A stretch of DNA of 64,000 nucleotides from Octopus vulgaris (lineage: Eukaryota). Under the pieces are notes generated by a model. That model worked only from the letters and a program-made list of their open reading frames with translations, searched no databases and was not told the origin of the DNA. Each line of letters begins with the position of its first letter. Within the stretch, counting starts at the first letter, position 1. The stretch covers positions 89,652,001-89,716,000 of the forward strand of contig OX597817.1 in assembly GCA_951406725.2 (NCBI GenBank), read 5' to 3'. Both the position numbers and the translations under genes were made by a program. Positions 1-13,059 of this stretch are shown here, one piece after another.

Positions 1-349
1 ATACGTGTGTGAATGTATGTACGTATACATGTGAGTATGAATACATGTTTGTATGGATGGGTGGATATATAGATGTTTATCTCTACATATTTTCTATTGA
101 ATTCCGAGCCAGCGTTTATAAATAAATATTAGCATGCCTGCATATATATCTAGATATACATAAAAAAACTCCGTGTATATGTATGCAATATTTGCTCATG
201 CACAAACACACACATGCATAAACATATGTGCATATGTATGTATGTATGTATGCATACGCATACACACACACACACACACACACACGCATATATATATATA
301 TATATTTATATAGCTATTTAGGTATGTATATTTTGCATTCTGTTTCCAG

Positions 350-385
350 GTGTTTCAAGTTTCCTTGTGTCTCGCATCGAAGACG
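350..385 (+). other. Candidate 36-nt internal exon of an unidentified host gene
   Basis: Acceptor tattttgcattctgtttccag ends at 349 and donor G|gtgaga starts at 386. Length is a multiple of 3; open in phase 1 as (G)VSSFLVSRIED(G). No homology recognised. Confidence 0.35.
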
Positions 386-1160
386 GTGAGAAAAAATAAT
401 AATAACTTACGTGAATGCAGAAAGAGGAAATGTTTATGTTATCTATTGCATATTACAATGTCCTTATGTAAATGCCTGAACACTGGCCAATGATTATACT
501 ATATGTCTTCATACGTGTGTGCGTGTGTGTATTTGAGTTTGTGTTTGTGTTAACAACTACAACAGCGATAACGACAACAGCATTAGCGATAACAATAGAC
601 GGGTAATCGCCGGAGAGATTGGTAAACATGATATTCCGGGTTTATTACTAATTATATTCTGGTAAAGATCATTAATTGAATACCTGGTGGGGGAGGGTGG
701 ACGAAAGAGGAAGCAAGAGGAAAAATTGAAAGAAATGAATTCCAAAGAGAACGATTAACGACATCAACAGCAACAACAACAAAAACGGCAACAATGGAGG
801 GAAATGAAAATAAGCAAATAAATAATGAAAAACATGTAGAGTAGTTGTCGTCTGCTTTTCATGTATCTCGCAGCGAAAGGTCATCTCTTCTGTAAGTGTA
901 ATACATAATCTATGTTTGATTGTTGTATTTCTCACTGTTTATGTAATAAGGGAAAGATTTGTTGGAGCAGAGAGAAATGCAAGGAGAGAAATATGTGGGC
1001 GGTGTGAAAGAAACACACACACACACATTTACATATGTACTCATGCATATATACATATATATATATAGAAGACATACACACATGTGCATAGCACATTCTC
1101 GTATATGTGTATGTATATATATATATTTATGTGTGTATATATATATATATATATACACAC

Positions 1161-1203
<43 letters not shown>

Positions 1204-1605
1204 GAGAGAGAGAGAGAAAGAGAAAGAAGGAGAAGGATAGATGGAAAGATATAGTGGGGGAAAGATAGAGCTGTAGAGAACTGAGAAACAAATATAAGTG
1301 TGTGAATTTGTGTTTGGGTGTAACAAATTTATAATAATAAAGCCCATACGGAGCATTGTTAAACAACAGAAGAAATATGTTGGTATTTAGGCATAACAAT
1401 ACCTTATTCATTGCAAGGAACCGAAATAAACGACAACACCACATCAACAGGATTTTTCTAAATACAATGTATATAAACTCTGCCATTCAACGATTTCTTG
1501 TTCTAAAATACTTAACCAAGTTTCTTCCTAAAGAATTAGTTTACTTTGAGTGACATTTCTGACTAACTCGTTTTGTATCTCCAGCTAAAACAGAAGATTG
1601 GTCAA

Positions 1606-1812
1606 AGGCAGCAAGCTGGCAGAATCGTTAGCACGCCGGCCAAAATGCTTAGAGGCATTTCGTCCCTCTTGACATTCTGTGTTCAAATTCCGCCTAGGCC
1701 AACTTTGCTTTCATCCTTGCGGAATCGATAAAATAAGTACCAGTTGAGCACCGGGGTCGATGTAATCGACTTACTCCACCGTCTCCACCGAAACTGCTGG
1801 CCTTGTGCCAAC
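1606..1812 (+). mobile_element. tRNA-derived SINE, Meta-domain-like family
   Basis: Head gctggcagaatcgttagcacgcc, B-box-like gttcaaattcc, central actttgctttcatcc...gataaaataagtaccag; more than 10 related copies in the window. Confidence 0.8.
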
Positions 1813-2209
1813 ATAGTAGAGTTGCTTGGTCTTTGTTTTTTTTTTATCTCTTTAACTCTCGTGTGATATGAGTGCAAGGTCTATCTCACTTTCTCTCTTT
1901 CCCTTCATCTCTCTTTCTTTCGCCCTATATCTCTCTCTGTCACTCCTTTCTACGTGCTCCAGTCACCCGCCAGTAACAAATTGAAATAGTGAAGGGAATA
2001 TTTCATCTTTTCAATATGTATATGTAATCATAGACAAGCAAACCTATATATGTATGTGTGCATGTGCAAACACACACTGAGACACATACACACACACAGA
2101 CACAGATACATTCACACTACACACACACACAGACACACACACATATACACACACAAATACACCTTCCTATATGTATGTATTTGATAATCACTTTTATATA
2201 TCAATACGT

Positions 2210-3015
2210 GGATCTTTTCCTTTTGAACGGCACTTTGTAACGTAATTTCTAGGTAACTAAAAAGTTTTAAACTTCGTATACTGGTAGAATGTGTTTATAA
2301 AACATCATTTTTCTCTTGGCTTTATTGAGAAAATTCTATAGTTTGTAGGATATTTCGTCTGAAATTACTTGCACTTCGTCAATTTTAACCAATCACTGGA
2401 GTCCATTTAGGTAAATAACATTCTGTGCATAATGAATATTCCTTCCTCTAAGAAACAGATTGGGTTTATTTACATTTGTGAAGAAAAAAAGATACCCTTC
2501 CCCAACCCCTAACCCTAACTCACTCTAACTCTAAAATAGATTGAAATGCAATAGATCGATTCTAGGGTTATAATTATGGGTGACAATTTCATACGACACC
2601 GTTACGGAAAATGGGATTTTTTTCTAGCGGTGTCAAATGAAAATGTCATCCATAATTATGGCCCTAGTATCGATCTATTGCATTTCAATCTATTTTAGAT
2701 TTAGGGTTAGGGTTAGGGGTTGGGGAAGGGTATCTTTTTTTCTTCACAAATGTAAATAAACCCAATCTGTTTCTTAAAGGAGGGACATATTCATACAGCA
2801 CAGAATGTTATTTACCTAAATGGACTCCATTGATTGATTAAAATTGCCGAAGTGCAAGTAATTTCAGACGAAATATCTTACAAACTATAGAATTTTCTCA
2901 ATAAAGCCAAGAGAAAATGATGTTTTATAAACACATTCTACCAGTATACGAAGTTTAAAACTTTTTAGTTACCTAGAAATTATGTTACAAAGTGCCGTTC
3001 AAAAGGAAAAGATCC
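2210..3015. mobile_element. Foldback MITE: ~395-bp inverted arms with 8-bp target-site duplication
   Basis: Starts GGATCTTTTCCTTTTGAACGGCAC and ends GTGCCGTTCAAAAGGAAAAGATCC; arms complementary up to a short centre near 2612. CAATACGT is duplicated at 2202-2209 and 3016-3023. Confidence 0.9.
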
Positions 3016-3461
3016 CAATACGTTTCTTTGACATATGTATGCATACACTATATCTAAAAGAAAAAAGATAGTGATGGCCACGGTTAGAACATAGATCTTT
3101 GATGGTAGCTTATCCTTAGTCCAACCCATGATCAAAGACCTTTGATCCGGTAGACTTATGATGAAACATTTCCCTGATTCAAAACCTCTCTCATCCAGTT
3201 GACCTATTACCAAAGACGTTCCAGCCGTGACTATCACTTTTTCTGTGAGTGTATTCTATCCGGGATACTTTATACAACGTCTATTTTTAATATGCTAGGT
3301 GGCAATTCAAAGATTTTCCCTGTTGTCTTTTGTGAGACTCATTTTACTGTTAATGTTAGTGGAAACTCTATATGATACAATGAGCGCATTTGTTTATTGC
3401 ACTGTTGAATTAAGTTCAAATACACTGATATAAGCAACAAAACATACACATTAAGTTAGAG

Positions 3462-3745
3462 GTTACGACGACGAGGTTTCCAGTTGATTCGATCAACAGA
3501 AGAGCCTGCTCGTGAAATTAACGTGCAAGTGGCTGAATACTCTACAGACACGCGTACTCTTAACATAGTTGTCAGGGAAATTCAGCGTCACACGGAAATT
3601 CAAGTACCACTCATTTTTGCCAGCTGAGTGGTCTGGAACGACGTGAAATAAAGCGTCTTGCTCAAGAACACAACACGTCACCAGTAATCGAACTCACGAC
3701 CTTAAGATCGTGAGCCGAATACCCAAACCACTAAGCCACGCACTT
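3462..3745 (-). mobile_element. tRNA-derived SINE (third family group)
   Basis: Minus strand reads gcgtggcttagtggtttgggtattcggctcacgatc...gagttcgatt (A and B boxes); related to 36830-36978 and 45835-45990. Confidence 0.75.
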
Positions 3746-3835
3746 TCATGACAGCAATAACAACGATTGCTGCAATAGTAGTGACAGCAGCAACGAAACA
3801 TAACACTAAGAAAACCGAGTACAAAAGCAACAACA

Positions 3836-4055
3836 ATCCTTTCCACTAATAGGCACAAGGCTCGAATGTTTGGTGGGGGTGGGGGAGCTAGTCGATGTAA
3901 TTGACCCCAGCGTTTAAACAGTACTTATTTCGTCAACACCAAAAAGCTGAAAGGTACGGTCGACCTCGGCGTCGAACTCAGAACGTGAAGACGGATGAAA
4001 TGCTGTCTAAACGTTTTAACCGGCGTTTCAACGATTCTGCCAGCTCGTCATCTTA
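3836..4055 (-). mobile_element. Meta-domain-like SINE
   Basis: Reverse complement of the 1606 family (gattctgccagctcg, gtcgacctcggcg, taggcacaagg). Confidence 0.75.
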
Positions 4056-4189
4056 ACAACTTTTGTAATAATAATAAAACTACAATAAGTAAAGGCAAAA
4101 TGGAATTGGTGGGACAAGAGGAGATAATTAGTACGGAAAGTCATTGAAAAGGTCGCAGAATGTGTGACGAAAGAACTTGCCTTGATGCA

Positions 4190-4730
4190 GTACCAGACAG
4201 TGGCTCTCATGGCTTCTCATCTTAACTGATTGGAAGTGTTATCATGTACATTGTTTGGTCTTGATATAAAAGATGGGCTACAGCAAATATTCTACTCAAT
4301 ACCACAGATTTGCTTGTCAGTTATTTGACCATAACCAGTTGACCATGTCCCTTAGTGGCTGACGATATGTGCATCTCTGACCAAGAGCAGTAGTGAGGGA
4401 GCATCATAGCTGTGTGTTGAAAGGAATTCTTAGAGGTTTGAATAATTCACCTTTGGAAAAATGGGTGGTTCATTCAACATCCTTAAGCAATCCTTATTCA
4501 AGGAACCTTTTGTGCGGGATGGGCTGCTCGACCAGAAGAAAATTCTAACCGGGCCTCACCAGCAAGGTCATGCGCTGTTTATCTTGATATGAGATCACCA
4601 TGTCGCGCACATATGGTTGTGATGCATGTGCCTGGTGTACCCTTATCAGACGGGTTGTCATGATGGGTATACTGGGCTTCGTATATTTTAGCCCAGTGTC
4701 ACTTTGATGGCATGCACTGCTCTCTCACTC
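4190..4730 (+). mobile_element. Probable 3' end/UTR of a non-LTR element ending in an (ATC)n(AAT)n tract
   Basis: Complex sequence with subterminal hairpin ACTGGGCT/AGCCCAGT shortly before the (AAT)n tract, the same tail polarity as the Dong element. Single copy here, no ORF. Confidence 0.3.
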
Positions 4731-4752
4731 AATCATCATCATCATCATCATC

Positions 4753-4868
<116 letters not shown>

Positions 4869-4944
4869 AAAGCTAAAGTGAAGCTCAAGTAAATAGTGCG
4901 AGTGTTTTATCGGCAAAAATGACCATTCCCACGTATACAATAAT

Positions 4945-5148
4945 AATCCTTTCTACATAGGCACAAGGCCTGAAATTTTGGGGATGGAGACTAGTCAGCA
5001 ACATTGAACCTAGTTCTTAGGAGGTCTTTGCTTTACAGACCTCGAAAGGAAGAAAGGCAAAGACAACCATGGTGAAATTTGAACTCAGAACATGAAGATG
5101 AACGAAATGCTGCCTAAGCATTTTAACGATTCTACCAGCTCGTCGCCG
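4945..5148 (-). mobile_element. Meta-domain-like SINE
   Basis: taggcacaaggcctgaaattt ... aaatttgaactcagaac ... gattctaccagctcg. Confidence 0.75.
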
Positions 5149-5959
5149 TAACAACAACAATAGTAATAACATTAACAATAATGCAACTATAATTATAATG
5201 ACAACAAAAAACAATAGCCTCAGTATAAGGAATATAATCGGATTAGTTTAATCTGGTTTTATATTCTGTGTATTTAAAGGCACAACAGGGCCAATATACT
5301 TTTGTTAAACATTATTTCATCTTTGTAGCATTCTCGCACTTCCGGTTACTGCATGATAAACGATGAAGGTGACTTCCTGGTGCGTACTCACAAACACACA
5401 CACGCACACACATGTATGTATGTATGTATGTATGTATGTATGTATGTATGTATGTATGTATGTATGTATGTTTGTATGTAAATATCCATACACAAACACA
5501 TACGCTCGTGCAAACATATACAATTATGTGTATATGTATGCGAGTATCAATGTTGTATGTCTTTAAAACCTGTATATACACACGTGTGGACGCTCGCACA
5601 TATGAATTCTTTAGAATTCTTCTGGGAGCTTTAGGATGGATTCTAAAGGGCTTTAAACACGACTGGTCTTGTTTTCAAATACATAAATACACACACACAC
5701 ACACACACACACATGAATGTGTGTGTGTGTGTGTGTGTGTGTTTGCGTGTGAGTGTATTCTGCTAAACGTGTTTTTTTTTCCTTTCTGTCTTTGACATGT
5801 AACTGTTCATGAAGAACGGGAAAAGAATCGACTTGACTGTTTCAGCGGGACTACCAATTCTATGGGCACAACTTTTCCCTACACACCGTAAATAGACACG
5901 CCGGAGCGCACATACATATATGTGTGTGTGCGTGTGCATGCGTATGCGTGCGTGTATGA

Positions 5960-5994
<35 letters not shown>

Positions 5995-6617
5995 GACATG
6001 CATATGCATGTGTATGTGTGCTCACGTACACGAGTATGCTTGTGGGTGTTCAGAAACTGATACAGAAGAGGGGTGAAAGAAAACGGTGGTAGTGAGTTGA
6101 TGGAATCGGTGCTGCTAAAGATAGAAAAGGAATGATAATGGAACTTACATTGCTATGGAGATACAGAGACAGAGAAAGAGGAAGAAATAATGAAACGAAT
6201 ATTAATGGAGGAAAAGAGAGAAAGCAGACGACTTAACACGTGACCAGCAGACATGACAACAAAACGCAATATTTATGTTCTTCGCCCTCTTACTGCTGTT
6301 TTATGATGTCATTTTTGAAATGGCATTATGTTTGTTTGATTTATGATATGTTATAGTTGTAATATTATTATGGTTTTTTTTCTGCTATTAAGGTTTTTGT
6401 TTTCTTTTTTATGATATGTCATAGTCGTAATATGTTCGTTACATGTACTTTTATGACATCTCATGGTCGTAAAGCCAGTATGATTTTTATTTATTTATTT
6501 TTTTTATTTATTGCAGGTGTTTTATGATATGTCATAGTAGTGATGAATATCATCGTTTGTCTCTTACTGATGTTTTTCATAATGATATATCATAATGGTA
6601 ATATAACTGCGTTTGTT

Positions 6618-7410
6618 AGGGCGGCGAGTTGGCAGAAACATTAGCACGCCGGGCGATATGCGTAACCGTATTTCGTCTGCCGTTACGTTCTGAGTTCAAA
6701 TTCCGCCGAGGTCGACTTTGCCTTTCATCCTTTCGGGGTCGATTAAATAAGTACCAGTTACGCACTGGAGTCGATATAATCGACTTAATTCGTTTGTCTG
6801 TCCTTGTTTGTCCTCTCTGTGTTTCGCCCCTTGTGGGTAATAAAGAAATAGGTATTTCGTCTACCGATAAACGTTCTAAGTTCAAATTCTGCCGAGGTCG
6901 ACTTTGCCTTTCATCCTTTTGGGGTCGATTAAATTACCAGTTACGCACTGGGGTCGATGTTATCGACTTAATCCGTTTGTCTCCTTGTTCGTTCCCTCTG
7001 TGTTTAGCCCCTTGTGGGTAGTAAAGAAATAGGTATTTTGTCTGTCTTTACGTTCTGAGTTCAAATTCGCCGAGGTCGTCTTTGCCTTTCATCCTTTCGT
7101 GGTCGATAAATTAAGTACCAGTTACGCATTGGGGTCGATGTAATCGACTTAATCCCTTTGTCTGTCCTTGTTTTTCCCCTCTATGTTAAGCCCCTTGTGG
7201 GCAATAAAGAAATAAAAAACGTTAGCACACTGAGTGAAATGCTTAGCAGTATTTCGTCTGTCTTTATATTCTGAGTTCAAATTCCGAGGTCGTCTTTGCT
7301 TTTCATCCTTTTGGGGTCGACAAATTAAATACCAGTTGCGTACTAGAGTCTATCTAATCGACTGCCCCCTTCCCCCAAAATTTAGGGCCTTGTGCCTAGA
7401 GTAGAAAAGA
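6618..7410 (+). mobile_element. Composite Meta-domain-like SINE with four tandem ~180-bp internal units
   Basis: One head (ggcggcgagttggcagaa), then four repeats of gttcaaatt...gaggtcg...tttgcctttcatcc; ends with tail ccttgtgcctagagtagaaaag. Confidence 0.85.
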
Positions 7411-7432
7411 AAAGAATATAACTGTGTTTGTT

Positions 7433-7620
7433 AGGATGGCGCGTTGGCAGAATCGTTAGCATGTCGGGCAAAATGTTTAGCGGCATTTTGTCTATCTTTA
7501 CGTTCTAAGTTCAAATTCCATGGAGGTCCTCATTTCCTTTCATCCTTCTCGGAAACATTGGGGTCGAAGTAATTGACTTAACCCCTCCTCGAAATTGCTG
7601 GCTTGTACTAAAATTTGAAA
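7433..7620 (+). mobile_element. Meta-domain-like SINE
   Basis: Diverged copy beginning aggatggcgcgttggcagaatcgttagc. Confidence 0.7.
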
Positions 7621-7831
7621 TCAATACCACTATGTCTGCTGCTAATTTTTTTAGTGGTATGTCGCAGTTATATTACCATTGCTATTGTTGAACCCCAGTT
7701 CAATGCTGATTGAACAAACTCTCATGTTTTTTAGAGACTGTAGGACCTCAATATCGTGTCATTTCTTTATGTACATCAGTAGAATGAGATCTGAAGGAAA
7801 AATGGCAGCTATTTCTAAAAGTTTTTTTCTT

Positions 7832-8083
7832 TATCTTTTATCGTTTACTTGTTTCAATCATTGGACTACGGCTAGCTGGAGCTCCGTCTTGAAGGATTTC
7901 AGTCGAATGAATCGATCCCGGTAACTTATTTTTTAAAGCGTGAGACTTATTCGATCGGCGATCGGTCTCTTATAGCAATTCGTTAAGTTTCGGGAACGTA
8001 AACAAATCAACAACGGTTTTTGAGCGCTGGTGGGGAACACAGACGCATATACGTACATACATGTGTGTGTGTGTGCGCGCTTA

Positions 8084-8129
<46 letters not shown>

Positions 8130-8448
8130 TAAGAGAGTGTTCACTATATTGATCACTCTAGCACCAGTTAATCCAAGAGGTTTCAACCACGAAAAATACA
8201 TGTTTCCCATGAAAGCCGGTACGACTGTTATATATATATATATGTATGCATACATGCACATACACAGACACACACATACATGTATGCAACGGGCTTCTTT
8301 CAGTTTTTGTCTACCAAATCCACTCACAAGGCTTTGGTCGGCTCAGGACTATTATAAAAGAAACCTGCCCAAAGTGCCATGCGGTGGGACTGAACCCGGA
8401 ACCATGTGGCTGGGAAGCGAACTTCTTTCCACACAGCCACGCCTGCGC
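7832..8448 (-). mobile_element. tRNA-derived SINE with CORE-like segment
   Basis: Head ggcgcaggcgtggctgtgtgg...ggttccgggttcagtccc, CORE-like gcactttgggcag, internal microsatellite, tail tgaaacaagtaaa. Confidence 0.8.
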
Positions 8449-8889
8449 CCACCTTTTATCTACTTTTTTCTCTATATTTTCATATAACTGCCTTGCAGTT
8501 TACTTAGGAACGGCAAAGTTCTTAAATCTATCATAAAGTTACTAGATCTCCACGGTCTCATCTTCAGAATGAACGAATGTTGGAGTATGTTGCTGTCTCT
8601 TTGTAGTGGATGAGGTCAACGTAACTGTTGTAGATATCATCTCTGGAATTTGCGATTTAACAGTTAACTTCATTTATAATCGGCCAAGTGTTTTATTTGT
8701 TCAGCAACTGGTGAATTCTGTCTGTATTTAATTTAGGATTATGTTGTGCTATGAGAAACATTTTCTTTATCAATTGTTTATTTTTGTATGGATTTATCTT
8801 TCTGAATCCTTATGAATTTGTTTCTCTCAATGAGTTAACAGTTATTTATTTACTTATTTATCTATTATGATTTTTTCGGTGGGGGGGGG

Positions 8890-9255
8890 GGGTTAAGAAG
8901 CTTGCTTCTCAACCAAATGGTGGCACATTGGGCAAGTAAGTGTCTTCTACTATAGCCTCAGCCCGACCAAAGCCTTGTGAGTGGATTTGGTAAATGGAAG
9001 CTGAAAGAAGCTCGTCATATATATGTATGTGTGTGTGTTCCTGTGTGTCTGTGTTTCTGTCTTTGTTTGTCCCCACATCACCGCTTGACAACCGGTGTTG
9101 GTTTGTTTGCGTCACCGTAACATAGCGTTTCGGCAAACGAGACCGATACAATAAATACCAAACTTAAAAAATTAAGTATTAGGGTCGATTCATTTTATCA
9201 AAAATTCTTCAAGACGATGCCCCAGTAAAGCTGCAATCTAATGACTGAAACAAAC
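8890..9255 (+). mobile_element. CORE-like SINE
   Basis: aagaagcttgcttc...ttgggcaagtaagtgtcttctactatagcc...atgactgaaacaa. Confidence 0.8.
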
Positions 9256-9379
9256 GATTTTTAAAAATGTATATCCCTGATTGAGAATACATTGCTTTTG
9301 TCACATGTTTTCATGTTGTCAATTGTTTTTTAAATCATCTTTTCACTTACGAGTGCACTCGTCAGTCTTGCAAACTATT

Positions 9380-10440
9380 TGGGACCGGTGACATTGATGC
9401 CGTTAATGTTCCGTTTAAACTGTAAGAAAGACATGAGCAAAGGTGGAGAGTCCAGAGACTTGATGTTCCGGGGAAAAAAGACAAGGCATAGTGGTTGGCG
9501 TGTAGACAGTGGAGAGAGACGTACTGAAACGGAGGTGACTAGAAGTCGAGATAAATCACTTGTGTTTCCAAAGTGGTAGGTCTATAGGACTAGACAGCTC
9601 CAAGATGCAGAGGTCAGTACAGTGCCAAAAGAAAAGAAAGATAAAGGAGACAGCACCCCTGTGGACCAGTGGTTAGAGCTTGTTCGTTAGTAACTGAATG
9701 TCAATTAGCCGAGTGGCCTTTAACTGGATGTGGTCCAAAACATTTATGTGCATAACATCAGCCTCCTCTTAGATGCATGCGCAGTACTCCACTGTGAGTA
9801 TCACTTACAGCTAATGCAGGAAGTTGTGACAGCAGTTGCAGGAAGTTAAAATATCTTCAGGTCTAGAAGAGAAGGGATAGTGTCTGGAATATGGTTCTAG
9901 CTATGCCAAGGATGTAGGAGATCCTCGGTGGTTATGAAATTTCGAATTTAGAACGGCCTTGGAGGCTCTAGCTGAGTGCTGCTCGGGTTTAGAGGAGATG
10001 CAGTGCGATGGTGTTTTCTTGATATGCATCGTGCTAAAGGTTTCCTTTTCTCTTAAAAGAGAAAAAACTGGTATTGCCACACTGCAGGACGTTCTCAAGG
10101 TCTCCATTTATTCAATCCATATAGATTTGGCTTGTTGTGTGTAGGCTGAGTGTGGTTGATATATGGTTGGGGTAGGCTGAGAAGAAACGGATGGGGCGGG
10201 GTGGGGGTCATCTGTATAATGTGGTTGTGGTTGCGAGTAGTTCATTGATGTATAAATGTATGAGAGTAGGGTGCAAAATCGAATCCTGGAGAACATCAGA
10301 TTTGATTGGGAGCAGAGTGGAAAGGGCCTGTTAATACATGCTGCACTGGTACAGCATGTATAAACAGGCCCTTTCCACCTTTCAACCCAAGTGATGAGAG
10401 GTTGTTTAAATTTCGGAGCAGATTTAATACTTACTCATGG
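9380..10440 (-). pseudogene. Decayed LINE reverse transcriptase (CR1/Jockey group)
   Basis: Minus-strand frames give LPIKSDVLQDSILHPTLIHLYINEL (GVPQGS motif), YTDD, DLENVLQCG, VLDHIQLKATRLI, FFPGTSSLW and QFKRNIN in the expected order, with stops and frameshifts. Confidence 0.75.
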
Positions 10441-11302
10441 TTGAGCGAATATCTACTTTTATTGCACTATACCGGGAGTAACTTTTAAAGTTTATCAGTT
10501 ATACTTATAATATCATAATAATTTTCTAACGCTTGGTAAAGTAATTTGATTTCGAAATTTAAAAATGCATAAACCACGCATAACGCATTTTGTATTGATT
10601 AAATGTATAGTAACTATAGAATAAACACTTTACCAAAAACCTTGAAAAGTTATACAAAATGACATGTACTAAACCTCGAGTAAGACCGATAATATGCACC
10701 AAGAGACTGAAATTTAAAATCTTCTAATCAACCACAAACAATGAATACGAGAAAAGCAATAAACCCAGGAGCGTACTATAAGTATCCAATAAACACTATA
10801 CAGTGAACATGTTGTGGAAAGTGGAAAATCCAACGCTTCGAACAGGTGTCATCTTTTCCCTGAAAAAGGACTCTGCTTGAAACGTTGGTTTTCCACTCAC
10901 CAGGGCAACTTCACTACACTCCTTTTTATCGCTTTATCTAATAATGCAAATATTGACGACACCTACCAATACCAGTCACTTTGGATTCTGATCATATGCA
11001 TCCAATGTAATTAATGAATTAGGTTGCATATGTAGAAAATATAAGTTTCACGACTGTAACTGTTATACTGGCCATATAAGCACGACACTTTAACACAGAC
11101 CCACCATACACTTAAACCAAGGAAGAGTCCCTATGGGTTGCAAAAACATAATGTAAAGCAAATCTAGTTAGTAAAATGTTAGTCGATAACACTTCTATAT
11201 TCTACAGATTTCTACACTAATATACACGTCTACTGCTCAAGGTAATACAACGCAAAAAGAAATGCACCAGGAGCCACAACAAACACATCATTTTTTTATT
11301 TA

Positions 11303-11521
11303 TGCGCCCTTTTGAAGCCTAGCCAGGCTCATGGGCCCGGTTTCCCGGTTTATGGGGCGTATGTGCCAGTCCATCGCAGCGTTACTCAAGAAACAGGAAG
11401 AAAGAATGAGAAAAAGTTGAAGAGTACAACAGGGGTCGCCACCACCCCCTGCCGGAGCCTCGTGGAGCTTTAGGTGTTTTCGCTCAATAAACACACACAA
11501 CGCCCGGTCTGGGAATCGAAA
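11303..11521 (-). mobile_element. tRNA-derived SINE, 5'-truncated
   Basis: Shares gagcctcgtggagctttaggtgttttcgctcaataaacacacacaacgcc with 58690-58992 and 24085-24372. Confidence 0.75.
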
Positions 11522-11867
11522 CAATAAACACACAACCCCAAAAAATAAATACTTGATTAATGATGTATAAATTTAACAGTCAGAATTAAAATGCCGGTAG
11601 TAATGTCTACTCCAGTCACATTGGCTCTGCTTAACCATAGAGAGGCAGCAACGCACGTCAACATCTCTCCACTCACAAGATGCGACTATGATGTCTAAAA
11701 GCAAAGCTGACTGATGTGGAATCCCATAGTTCGAAACAAACATCAGGGGGGATTCATGCGAAGCTACAGAAAAACCTTGAGGAAAAGAATGAAAAACAAA
11801 CAAAACCAAATAAAGAACACCGTATTCAATAATTCAACAAGAAAATCTGTTCATATTTCTCTCTCTC

Positions 11868-11915
<48 letters not shown>

Positions 11916-12096
11916 GTATTGTGTAGGAACATACATACATACATACATACATACATACATACATACATAATAGGAAAGATAATGTTAGATACTGTTGTAA
12001 CACCATAAAATAAGACTATAATATACCTGTGTGTGTACGTATATATATATATATGAGTGTGTGTGTGTGTGTGTGTATAAAAGTGTGTATATACAA

Positions 12097-12140
<44 letters not shown>

Positions 12141-12536
12141 CTGTATGAGTATGATTGCCTAATTTGAGTTTATATCGTAATTCTTATATATATATGTATA
12201 TATATATACATACATACCCTCATACATACATACCTGCATACATATATACATAAATACATATCTATATACACAGATACATACATACATACATACATACATA
12301 CATACATACATACATACATACATACATACATACATACGCACATACACACACGCACACACATTGACTGATTGTATTTTCTAGGCGGGGGTCCGCTACTTAG
12401 TGTAATTACTATACTTGATACCCCATTAATGTAACTTAAAGTGATTAGCTGCATCGTTAATTCATATAGCTTAAGGGACTGCAAATCTATACAACATTAT
12501 ACATAGACAGACGTAAAAATATGCTCCTATACATAC

Positions 12537-12642
<106 letters not shown>

Positions 12643-12820
12643 GTGCGTGTGTTTAAAGGTTGTTCAGTGTATGTCGAAATAGTGTAGTGTTCAATTTCGG
12701 AAGTTCTATTTTATTTTTTTTTTTGTTTTTTTTTTATCTCCTGAGACCTAAGAGTTATTTGTTAAAATGGTGTGGTTGATTTACATACGCGTGTATGTAT
12801 GTGGGCACGCATGTGTGTGC

Positions 12821-12891
<71 letters not shown>

Positions 12892-13059
12892 TGTATGTAT
12901 GTATGTATGTATGTATGTGTGTGTGTATATATATGTATATATGGGTACATGACGTTACAAAACGTAAACAACATGAAATACGAAAACCTGGAATAAAGAA
13001 TCTTTTTTGCGAACAGCGTAAGAAACAAATGGAAAAACAAGACAAGTAACATAAAGAAT

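Noticed and set aside
910-1486. ORFs rich in YI, HT, CV, YVCM, SL and ER repeats here and throughout the window
   Set aside because: They are translations of (TA)n, (CA)n, (TACA)n and (GA)n microsatellites, which lack stops in some frames.
5329-5368. AG...GT-bounded open segment (HSRTSGYCMINDE); similar case at 5846-5887
   Set aside because: Weaker donors, no recognisable homology, and for 5329 a phase incompatible with the 350-385 candidate.
6668-7400. Regularly spaced repeats resembling a CRISPR array
   Set aside because: Whole ~180-bp units are homologous with no unique spacers; SINE-internal duplication in a eukaryotic context.
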